Position numbers and translations under genes: made by a program. From NCBI GenBank assembly GCA_963817525.1, contig CAWFOU010000001.1:384001-448000 (forward strand): 64,000 nucleotides of DNA, written 5' to 3'. Positions 1 to 6,699 of this stretch are shown piece after piece. The notes beneath the pieces were generated by a model that saw only the letters and a list, made by a program, of their open reading frames with translations, did no database searches and was not told the origin of the DNA. Position 1 is the first letter of the stretch. Each line of letters starts with the position of its first letter. The stretch is from an uncultured archaeon. GTDB taxonomy: Archaea; Thermoproteota; Nitrososphaeria; Nitrososphaerales; Gagatemarchaeaceae.

Positions 1-962
1 TGGGCATCGTCCTGCGAGAAGGACTTGACCCTGAAGAGCCCGCTCGCCACCCCGCTCAGCTCGTTCCTGTAGAGCCAGTCGAAGCACGAGACCCTCAGGG
101 GAAGCTCCCTGAAGCTCCACCTCCTCGTCCGGTAGAATAGCATGGTCGGAGGGCAGTTCATCGGCTTTAGGGCGAACTCCTCACCGCCCAGGTCCGTCAG
201 GAACATGTTCTGCTTGTAATAGCCCCAGTGGCCGCTAACCTTCCACAGGGCGCTGCTGAACATCGCAGGGGTGCTGACCTCGATGTAGCCGCCCTTCGCG
301 AGCTCTCCGCGCATGAACTCGATCAGGAGGTTCCTGAGCTTCAGCCCCTTGTTGTGCCAGTAGACCATCCCCGGGGCGGGCTCCTGGAAGCTGAACAGGT
401 CGAGCCTCTCGCCTATTATCCTGTGGTCGGTCTCCGGGAGACCTGCAAAGTCGCTCTTCCTCAGCCGCGCGAAAAGCTGCTCCTCGGTGAGCTCGTGCTG
501 GGGCTTCCTCTCTGGCTGCGGGGCCGCCTCCGCCTTTGCCGCTGGCGCGGCGCTGGTGTATACACGCGACTGCTCGGCCAGAGGGTGGCCCTTTACCTTG
601 ATCTGGAACGCCTTGTTCCAGCCGAACGGCGCGCGGTAGGTCTCCAGCCCGGCCTCGTTCGCCAGCCTCTCCATGGTCTTCAGCACTTCGAGCGCGTCCT
701 TTGGCCTTGCGAGGTTCGAGCTCAGGTGGGCGTAGGGGTAGATGATTATCCTCCTGACCTTCAGCTTCTCGAGGAACGCCCTTGTCCCTTCGACCGCCTT
801 TCTTGCGACCTCGTCGTCGTCGCCCGGCTCAACGCTCACGAACAGCGCGACTATCTCCTCGTACCTGCGCTTCTGCTTGTCGGGTATGTCCTCCGCCGCG
901 GATATCTCCTTGCCTATCGGCTCGTACTCGATGAAGTCAAGGTGCTGCTGGAGTATCCTCAT
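1..962 (-). CDS. thrS: Threonine--tRNA ligase, archaeal type with N-terminal editing domain; 3' end runs off the window
   Basis: Minus-strand frame from ATG at 962 reads MRILQQHLDFIEYEPIGKEISAAED...YPYAHLSSNLA...RAPFGWNKAF...GHPLAEQS...DHRIIGERLDLF...PGMVYWHNKG...ALKPMNCPP, typical of archaeal ThrRS. It is missing from the ORF track because it has no stop inside the window. Confidence 0.95.
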   Translation of the reverse strand, partial: MRILQQHLDFIEYEPIGKEISAAEDIPDKQKRRYEEIVALFVSVEPGDDDEVARKAVEGTRAFLEKLKVRRIIIYPYAHLSSNLARPKDALEVLKTMERLANEAGLETYRAPFGWNKAFQIKVKGHPLAEQSRVYTSAAPAAKAEAAPQPERKPQHELTEEQLFARLRKSDFAGLPETDHRIIGERLDLFSFQEPAPGMVYWHNKGLKLRNLLIEFMRGELAKGGYIEVSTPAMFSSALWKVSGHWGYYKQNMFLTDLGGEEFALKPMNCPPTMLFYRTRRWSFRELPLRVSCFDWLYRNELSGVASGLFRVKSFSQDDA

Positions 963-983
963 CGGTGTTCCCCGGAGTCCTTC

Positions 984-1190
984 CTAGCCCCATCGGGCCC
1001 GTTCTATGTCTCTGTCCTTCTTGGTGGCCTTCTTCCAGGTCTTGTAGTGCTCGCGGCAAAGGTAGACCCGCCTCCCCTCACCGCCGGCGGTGAGGCCGCT
1101 CCCCGCTAGCTGGTCCCTTCCCATGGACCTCTCACTCGGGTTCTTGCAGCCTGCAATTGAGCACGTGACGCCCTTCTCGACTTTGCCCAT
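984..1190 (-). CDS. Small conserved hypothetical protein, probably Zn-binding (CxxxxC...CxxH)
   Basis: 68 aa with host-like codon usage, co-oriented just upstream of thrS; TATA-like TATAAATAT 24-32 nt upstream of the ATG. Confidence 0.75.
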   Translation of the reverse strand: MGKVEKGVTCSIAGCKNPSERSMGRDQLAGSGLTAGGEGRRVYLCREHYKTWKKATKKDRDIERARWG

Positions 1191-1213
1191 TCTGAATCCG
1201 GGCTGCCGAGTCC

Positions 1214-1232
1214 ATATTTATAATCTGTTAAC
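1214..1232. repeat. attL: 9-bp core ATATTTATA plus element arm ...TAATCTGTTAAC
   Basis: Core identical to 6613-6621; arm TAATCTGTTAAC (1221-1232) is the reverse complement of GTTAACTGATTA (6602-6613) at 11/12 positions. Confidence 0.85.
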
Positions 1233-1375
1233 GCATCGTTAACGCTTAACGTAAGGCACGCGATAGGTTCTGTCTGGGTTTTGCTAGATTCCGGCGGACG
1301 GGGTGCGGCATCGGGCGTCGCTGGCGACGATGGCGACCGTTCTTCAGGTTCTTTCTTTGGTTCGAGGTCTGTCAT
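1214..1375 (-). pseudogene. 5' fragment of the split integrase gene (int-N)
   Basis: ATG at 1375 opens MTDLEPKKEPEER...LSVNDALTD-YKY, with YKY encoded by the att core. The same YKY begins the int-C frame at 6621. An AT-rich TATA-like sequence lies ~25 nt upstream (~1399-1407). Confidence 0.75.
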
Positions 1376-1426
1376 TAGGTAGGTATGGTGTGGAGTTTGT
1401 AATAAATTCAATTTCCCTAAACGTTA

Positions 1427-1590
1427 GCCGCCCGTGTTAACGCGAAAGGGCGGCCTGATTCGGTCGGTCTAAAGCCGCCGCCGTGTCTCTAGCGCAGCGA
1501 TAGGCGCGGCCACTGGAGGCCGCGGACGGCGGCGGCGTGTGGTCTAAGGACACTGGAGGCCGCCCCGTGCTAGCACGAGAAGGGCGGCGG
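1427..1590. other. Dense cluster of GC-rich hairpins, candidate single- or double-strand origin
   Basis: Stems 1427-1433/1448-1454, 1474-1484/1526-1536 (inner 1505-1511/1518-1524) and 1559-1565/1582-1588 (inner palindrome CGTGCTAGCACG); CACTGGAGGCCGC repeated at 1511 and 1551; non-coding. Confidence 0.5.
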
Positions 1591-1592
1591 GA

Positions 1593-1670
1593 GGCGGCGG
1601 TTCTACGCGGAGCGTTTCAGCGAGCGAAATCCGTTCCCCGGAACGGTGATTGAGCGAGCTACGCCGCCGA
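1593..1670 (+). repeat. Structured direct repeat, copy 1
   Basis: GGCGGTTCTACGCGGAGCGTTTCAGCGAGCGA-[24-nt hairpin]-GAGCGAGCTACGCCGCCGA; near-identical to copy 2 apart from the variable central hairpin. Confidence 0.85.
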
Positions 1671-1755
1671 TAAGATGACGCGTAGACTGGATTGTGTTAA
1701 CTTATCTGCGCTCAGCGATTGATGGGCCAAGAATAGTCACCATAGGCCGCCCCAT

Positions 1756-2454
1756 TTATTCCGTTACCGTGGTCATTAGAGGTGGTGCAAGCAACTGTGA
1801 CTCACACAGTGGAGGCTCGTGCAACGAGCACGGTAAGTATTGCTTCGTAATGAACAAGGTAACTTGGTAAGTCCCAGAAGGCATTCCTGCAAAGGAGCCA
1901 ACGTCGCAATAGGTATAGCCGGTCTTCGGGATATAACAGGAGCTGCTCGTGGTGACATTCTGGCCAGTCGATACATCCTGGTAAAATGCAGTAGCAGTTA
2001 CCGTATAATTTGAGCCCTCAAAAGGGATGATGGTAATTGGGGTAGCATTGCCCAAGTCCTGACCCGCGAATGCGAGTGTTAGTTCGAGGCAGTTTGTATC
2101 GCACCACTTTACCGGAGAGTTCGGCGCCCACATTAGCGGATATTGAGCGCTTGATTCAACCGTTGATTGCATACTGGACGTTGACTTACTGGTTGAGGTC
2201 GGGGCAACGGTTGACTGAATGATAGAGCCGCTGGTAGAGAGGATTGAAGACGCCGAGCCGATGGAAGAACTCGAATGGACATTGTTGGGATTTTCGGGTA
2301 ATGAGCTGGTCCTCTGTGATGAAATGAGAGCGGCGGCAATCACGATTAGCCCAACAGTAATGGCGCAAGTAACAAGGAAGAAGTTCCCTGCCGCAAGGCC
2401 TTTCCTCTTTTGCCCGGCTTCAAACCTCATTCCTACCGAGCGTCTGTGGTTCAA
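1756..2454 (-). CDS. Membrane-anchored cargo protein: N-terminal TM helix, Ser/Thr-rich linker, Cys-containing extracellular domain
   Basis: 232-aa ORF with hydrophobic FFLVTCAITVGLIVIAAALI followed by an S/T-rich stretch; no family recognised. Confidence 0.75.
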   Translation of the reverse strand: MNHRRSVGMRFEAGQKRKGLAAGNFFLVTCAITVGLIVIAAALISSQRTSSLPENPNNVHSSSSIGSASSILSTSGSIIQSTVAPTSTSKSTSSMQSTVESSAQYPLMWAPNSPVKWCDTNCLELTLAFAGQDLGNATPITIIPFEGSNYTVTATAFYQDVSTGQNVTTSSSCYIPKTGYTYCDVGSFAGMPSGTYQVTLFITKQYLPCSLHEPPLCESQLLAPPLMTTVTE

Positions 2455-2511
2455 AGCGTAGAAATGAGGGCGAGGGTGATATTTCAGGGGTTCGCATCAT
2501 TGTTCTATTAG

Positions 2512-2580
2512 GTCGGGCGGTTCTACGCAGAGCGTTTCAGCGAGCGAGGATTTCATTTCCGAGCGAGCTACGCCACCGAC
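2512..2580 (+). repeat. Structured direct repeat, copy 2
   Basis: GGCGGTTCTACGCAGAGCGTTTCAGCGAGCGA-[GGATTTCATTTCC]-GAGCGAGCTACGCCACCGA. Confidence 0.85.
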
Positions 2581-2606
2581 TCGATCAGAATATAGGTTGG
2601 AGGCAG

Positions 2607-2954
2607 TCAAGCCTTAGAGGTTGACTCTACGGGAATAGGTCTGACTTCCTTCATGCTGTACGTCAACTCTTTCTTGCATCGCGGGCACGTTGCCTTGAAG
2701 GTTACTCCAATAGACCTGTCCGTTATCATGTTCTCCCAGAATGACGTAGACCTAACTCCGCCTTTGGGCTGTATCTCAGTAAGGTCTATTGTTGCGAAGC
2801 AGTGTCTGCAGATGACGCCATTGTGTGAGGAGACGTAATTCTCAATCAGGGTTTCGATGACATCATTCTTCTTGCGGCCTCCCTGCTCCTCCATTACGGT
2901 GATGCTGAATTTCTTCCACAGTTCGTCCGGGACGTCGATAGTTGTTTTTACCAA
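2607..2954 (-). CDS. Ribbon-helix-helix (CopG-like) regulator with C-terminal Zn-ribbon
   Basis: N-terminus KTTIDVPDELWKKF...KNDVIETLIENYV fits the RHH pattern; CRHC...CPRC; divergent from rep. Confidence 0.75.
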   Translation of the reverse strand: MVKTTIDVPDELWKKFSITVMEEQGGRKKNDVIETLIENYVSSHNGVICRHCFATIDLTEIQPKGGVRSTSFWENMITDRSIGVTFKATCPRCKKELTYSMKEVRPIPVESTSKA

Positions 2955-3016
2955 GCTGACTTCTGCCCTTCTGCTTTCTACGTTCTGGGTTCTGCTCTTT
3001 TAACCTTATTCCCGTT

Positions 3017-3034
3017 TACCCGCGTATGCGGGTA
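3017..3034. promoter_or_regulatory. Palindrome between divergent RHH and rep genes, candidate operator
   Basis: TACCCGC-GTAT-GCGGGTA, extendable to CCCG/CGGG at 3011/3041, next to TATA-like CCTTATAT (~3043). Confidence 0.5.
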
Positions 3035-3082
3035 TAGCGGGCCCTTATATTCGCCTTATAGAAGGGGATAAGGGGATAGCGT

Positions 3083-4243
3083 ATGCCGATGCAAACTCAC
3101 GCGTTTAAGGCAAGCATGGAGGTTCGGGTAACAGCCGAAACGTGCGGAGGGAGGAAGCCGAATCCGGGGCTGGACGCAATCAGGACAGAACTCTTTCCGT
3201 TGGAGTCGACGGAGTGTGAGGCATGCGGGACGCGTTTGTGGACCGCGAAGTGCAGCAGCGGATGCGTTACTCATGTAAGGCAGATGTGCAGGAGGGACAA
3301 TCTATGTCCCGCCGATTCGTTCAGGCGTTCGAGCGAGCTGGCGGGCGATTTTGTGCGGGTAGCTCAAGGCTTGTGTAGCGCCGCGGGGGTAAAGCTTCGA
3401 TTCTGGCGTTGGGAGGTGACGATGCCCAGAGACACGCAAAAGGGCATGACGCTGGACGAGGGGTATGAGTTCACAAGAGAGGCGAAGCGCTACGTGGAGG
3501 GCTACCTTCGGGAGAGGTTCGGGATACCCGAGGAAGTCCAGCTAGGCAGCGCGGTGGTCTTCCAGATGCTGCACAGCAGCGACCCGTTCGGAATGAAGAA
3601 GAACCATCGCGGCGCTGACCGGAGACACTTCCACTATCACGGGGTGACGCTGGGGTGGGGCGTGTGGAAGTCGGAGGCCACCGTCTATCGGGGTCCCAAC
3701 AGCTTGTTCGTCCAAGACAGCGCGATCGTGGACGGCGAGAAGAGGAAGTTCGTAAGGTTCCGCGCTGGCTGGCGCGCCGTGGTTGAGGGCCGCTTTGGAA
3801 GGTCGAGCGCTAAGGACGTGGACGGCTTCATCCGCTATGAGAGCGGGACGGCGGAGCTGTATCACCGTTTCAGATACATGATGAGAGGCGGGGTGGAGGA
3901 CTTTGCACAGTGGACCCGGAGATACGGGTATCCGCAGGACTACGACAAGGAGTGGGTGCGGGAAGCGCTGACGTGGAAGAAGGGGAGGCCGAGGGTCTTG
4001 TATTACGGCTTCCTGTCTCCCAAGAACCTGTCGGAGAAAAACAGGTTCATGCGGAAGATCGCCTTGGCGATTCCGACCAAGGCGCTGCGGCTGAGAGAGG
4101 CGAGGAAGCTGTATTGCGACAAGCATGGCGAGGAGCTACGGATAGACTTCGCGGCTGGCCTGAAGCACATCAGCGAGGTGATGGCTGAAGGCGGCACGAT
4201 AGTGGTGCGGCTTCGAAGTGCGGTCGAGTATGGAGGCGGCTAA
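3083..4243 (+). CDS. HUH-superfamily rolling-circle replication initiator, IS91-transposase-like
   Basis: Cys cluster CEAC...CSSGC...CRRDNLCP; motif I WEVTMP; HUH motif HFHYHG; motif III LYHRFRY; C-terminal RVLYYGFL as in IS91-family proteins. Confidence 0.75.
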   Translation: MPMQTHAFKASMEVRVTAETCGGRKPNPGLDAIRTELFPLESTECEACGTRLWTAKCSSGCVTHVRQMCRRDNLCPADSFRRSSELAGDFVRVAQGLCSAAGVKLRFWRWEVTMPRDTQKGMTLDEGYEFTREAKRYVEGYLRERFGIPEEVQLGSAVVFQMLHSSDPFGMKKNHRGADRRHFHYHGVTLGWGVWKSEATVYRGPNSLFVQDSAIVDGEKRKFVRFRAGWRAVVEGRFGRSSAKDVDGFIRYESGTAELYHRFRYMMRGGVEDFAQWTRRYGYPQDYDKEWVREALTWKKGRPRVLYYGFLSPKNLSEKNRFMRKIALAIPTKALRLREARKLYCDKHGEELRIDFAAGLKHISEVMAEGGTIVVRLRSAVEYGGG

Positions 4244-4267
4244 AAAATGACGCTCCTGAAAGGGTCT

Positions 4268-4323
4268 GGGGAAAGCTCAGAGAGTTTCCCCACGCTCGGC
4301 GGCAGGCGCGAAGCGCCGCCGCC
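4268..4323. other. Two hairpins immediately downstream of rep, candidate nick-site origin or terminator
   Basis: GGGGAAA...TTTCCCC (4268-4291) and GGCGGC-A-GGCGC-GAA-GCGCC-GCCGCC (4298-4323). Confidence 0.45.
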
Positions 4324-4345
4324 GCATGCAGGACGGCGAGCGTGA

Positions 4346-4573
4346 ATGGCGGAGTCAGAGCTAATCCCAAGGCCAACATGGGTCTATTTCCGCATTGTAG
4401 GCAAAGACCACAATTTGTTGAAGGTCACATTTGATGTTGATATTGGAGGTTCGTTCCTGTTGAAGCTGGATTACATAGAGAAGCTGAAAGCTGAACTGAT
4501 TGATAGGGCGTATAGTCGGTTCTCTCCCGATTCGATGGAATATAGGAACCGGTCGAAAAGACCGGACTTTTAG
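4346..4573 (+). CDS. Small hypothetical protein of the element
   Basis: 75-aa ATG-initiated ORF filling the gap; its stop overlaps the convergent gene's stop. Confidence 0.5.
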   Translation: MAESELIPRPTWVYFRIVGKDHNLLKVTFDVDIGGSFLLKLDYIEKLKAELIDRAYSRFSPDSMEYRNRSKRPDF

Positions 4574-5361
4574 CCAGTTTGCAATTCGGAGATAAACTGA
4601 GCCAGAGGAACCCCATCAACCTTGATGGGGAGCCAAGCGTCGGCTTGGGGATACATGTTGTCAAGGGAGAAGACCTTTCCGTCTTGCACGTAGAATAGGC
4701 CTTCGGCCCCTGCTGCCGTAACGTATGCATTACAGCAGACCGCTAGGTTGTTGATGTTGGTCCAATAGGGGATGTATGCGCTGGGGAAGCTGTCGGTGAC
4801 AAAGAAGATGTACGTCCCTCCTACTGTCAAGGTCGGGTATCCGAGAGGCGTCATAGTCGTCCCGTTCACGGTTCCGCCGATCCAAGCGAGGGTAGCGACT
4901 GTTCCCGCCGGAGCCACATAAGTTCCCGGTGACGAAAGTGTCTCCACATCTGTGAAGTTATACAGCATGAATGGGATGCCATTCACGGACACTGTGGTGG
5001 CTGACGTCACGTTCGCGAGCACCGCGGCTGAGTTCTGGAGTAAGTCGTGGAGAGTCGGGAACGTTGAATCAGGAAAGACGTAGACCGTGCAGTTGCACGG
5101 CCCCTTAAGGAAGCCAACCGTTTCAATACCTCCGTCTATGCTGGTTCCTATGGTGACGGTTCGCGTCTGCGATGTGACGCTAGCCGAGGCACTCGTGGTG
5201 AGGTTCTGAGTTTGGCTCGATGTTGTAGAATAAAATATCGTTTGTTCCGCTGACGAAACAGGACTCGTCGTCCTAGAATACATTGAGGCGGCGATTAGCG
5301 CCAAGAGTATCAGCGCCGCTATTACAACGGCCGCGGCGGTGAGGCCTCTCGGAGTTGGCAC
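4570..5361 (-). CDS. Membrane-anchored cargo protein: N-terminal TM helix, Ser/Thr-rich linker, extracellular domain
   Basis: 263 aa; AAAVVIAALILLALIAASM then a T/S-rich linker; same layout as 1756-2454. Confidence 0.8.
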   Translation of the reverse strand: MPTPRGLTAAAVVIAALILLALIAASMYSRTTSPVSSAEQTIFYSTTSSQTQNLTTSASASVTSQTRTVTIGTSIDGGIETVGFLKGPCNCTVYVFPDSTFPTLHDLLQNSAAVLANVTSATTVSVNGIPFMLYNFTDVETLSSPGTYVAPAGTVATLAWIGGTVNGTTMTPLGYPTLTVGGTYIFFVTDSFPSAYIPYWTNINNLAVCCNAYVTAAGAEGLFYVQDGKVFSLDNMYPQADAWLPIKVDGVPLAQFISELQTG

Positions 5362-5454
5362 GATGTGTCGGGAAGATAAATTCCCAAGGTTGATTTAAAG
5401 GATAAGAATACGAAATCGAACCAAAGGAGAAGCGCCCAAGGGCTGAGGCGCGTC

Positions 5455-6621
5455 TCAGCCCAGTTTGGCTAGGAGCTTCTGCATGATTCGGTTGTTCTCG
5501 ATGACCTGAGCCTTTAGCTCGTCGTTCTGTTTGCGAAGCGCCTCGATTTCGTCTGTATTGGCACTAGATCGGATTGGGTCTTTTGGCGTGTCTGGTTCGT
5601 TGGTTTCTCCGATTGAAAGATAGGGCGCTAGGAACCTATCGTATTCGTTGATGAGGTCTGCAAAGTCCTCCAGCGTATAGGTTCCTGCGTTGTGCCCAAG
5701 CGATTGCTTGTCGCCCATGAGGTAGTCCCATGAGTTGACGGGCATTACCGTCTTGCCTGCGATGGTGTGGAATCGCTTCCGCAGGTAGTGGCTCGTCAGC
5801 CTGACGCCGAACCTGTCAAGCGCGAGCTTGGTAATCTCGCGCCATATGCTGTCGTGGTTCGGGAAGGGTCTGTTTCGTCCCGCTGCCCTGGCGCGTTCTC
5901 TGATGCGGTCCGCCAAAGCTTTAGGGATGATGGAGATGTGTGCGTTTCGGGCCTTGGTCTGGCGCATCTGGACGTGAATTAGGACGTAGGAGCCCGCATC
6001 CTCCCACTGGTCTATGGTGACTTGGGACGCCAAGCAGGTAACTCGTTCCCCAGCGTAGGCTTGCAAGTCGATGATGTCTCGCTGCTCCTCCGTGGCGGCT
6101 TGGTAGATGGCTTGGAGGATGCCAATGCTAATCTTCTTCGTTGAATGCGTCCATGATGTGTTGAAGGACGCTTGGAGCGGCGTTCTGTTCGCCTTGAAGA
6201 TGCCTTTCACATAGGCGCCATACTGGCAGTTGGTGATTACGGGCGGCTTTGATACGAATTCAAGCAAGGCGTTGTCGATGGAAAAATCGTCGCGCCGTCG
6301 TCGCTCTCTTGTCTCACTGATTAGTTCCGAGACGGCTGTTCCTGTAATGGGTCGGTTGAGGTGCTGGAGGAAGCATCGTATGCCGTTGATTGAGTGGGTT
6401 CGTGTGCTGTGGCATACCGTGCCTCCGTTGCGCCGCCGGCTTCCCACAGATGCGTAGTATAGCTTCATGGCGGGGTCTGCTTGCAAGATGCGGTGAAGCG
6501 CTGCAAGTTCTTCGATTCGCTTGCGGTTCGGTCGTGGGTGGAATTGTCTGTAGGTGTTTACAAATGATTGCGCTTGCGGTTTTTCGCTTAACGCTTGACG
6601 AGTTAACTGATTATATTTATA
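5455..6621 (-). CDS. Tyrosine recombinase/integrase, 3' part (int-C) with complete catalytic domain
   Basis: Catalytic signature R (AGERV), K (QTKAR), HxxR (SHYLRKRF), LMG and Y (HNAGTY); C-terminal coiled coil. Frame is open up to the att core; first internal ATG at 6468. Confidence 0.92.
   Translation of the reverse strand, partial: YKYNQLTRQALSEKPQAQSFVNTYRQFHPRPNRKRIEELAALHRILQADPAMKLYYASVGSRRRNGGTVCHSTRTHSINGIRCFLQHLNRPITGTAVSELISETRERRRRDDFSIDNALLEFVSKPPVITNCQYGAYVKGIFKANRTPLQASFNTSWTHSTKKISIGILQAIYQAATEEQRDIIDLQAYAGERVTCLASQVTIDQWEDAGSYVLIHVQMRQTKARNAHISIIPKALADRIRERARAAGRNRPFPNHDSIWREITKLALDRFGVRLTSHYLRKRFHTIAGKTVMPVNSWDYLMGDKQSLGHNAGTYTLEDFADLINEYDRFLAPYLSIGETNEPDTPKDPIRSSANTDEIEALRKQNDELKAQVIENNRIMQKLLAKLG
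6602..6621. repeat. attR: element arm GTTAACTGATT plus 9-bp core ATATTTATA
   Basis: Mirror of attL; host-like GC-rich sequence resumes immediately afterwards. Confidence 0.85.
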
Positions 6622-6699
6622 GCATATTCCCGGGGCCGAGGGCCGTTCCCAGGTGCAAGTTATCAAGCCAGGCCGCCCGGCAGCAAGAGAGGCGGACGC

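Larger units (their letters stand above)
1214..6621. mobile_element. Integrated plasmid- or virus-like element (~5.4 kb) with split tyrosine integrase and IS91-like HUH Rep
   Basis: Flanked by direct repeat ATATTTATA (1214-1222 and 6613-6621) with inverted arms inside the element. Contains integrase, Rep, RHH protein and cargo genes. Most of it is visibly less GC-rich than the flanking host genes. Confidence 0.9.

Noticed and set aside
228-1109. 293-aa plus-strand ORF and the many similar long antisense or alternate-frame ORFs across the window
   Set aside because: Shadow ORFs of GC-rich genes; here the real gene is thrS on the minus strand.
1106-1213. C-terminal half of the 101-aa ORF 1106-1411 as a real protein
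   Set aside because: It is read-through of int-N past attL into host DNA, overlapping the 984-1190 gene out of frame.
1593-2580. Canonical integron attC sites or CRISPR repeats
   Set aside because: No RYYYAAC/GTTRRRY boxes were seen, I could not recognise IntI-specific features in the integrase, and there are only two copies 920 bp apart.
6622-6666. Integrase start at 6666 as given in the ORF track
   Set aside because: These 15 codons are host sequence outside attR; the native N-terminus appears to be at 1375.
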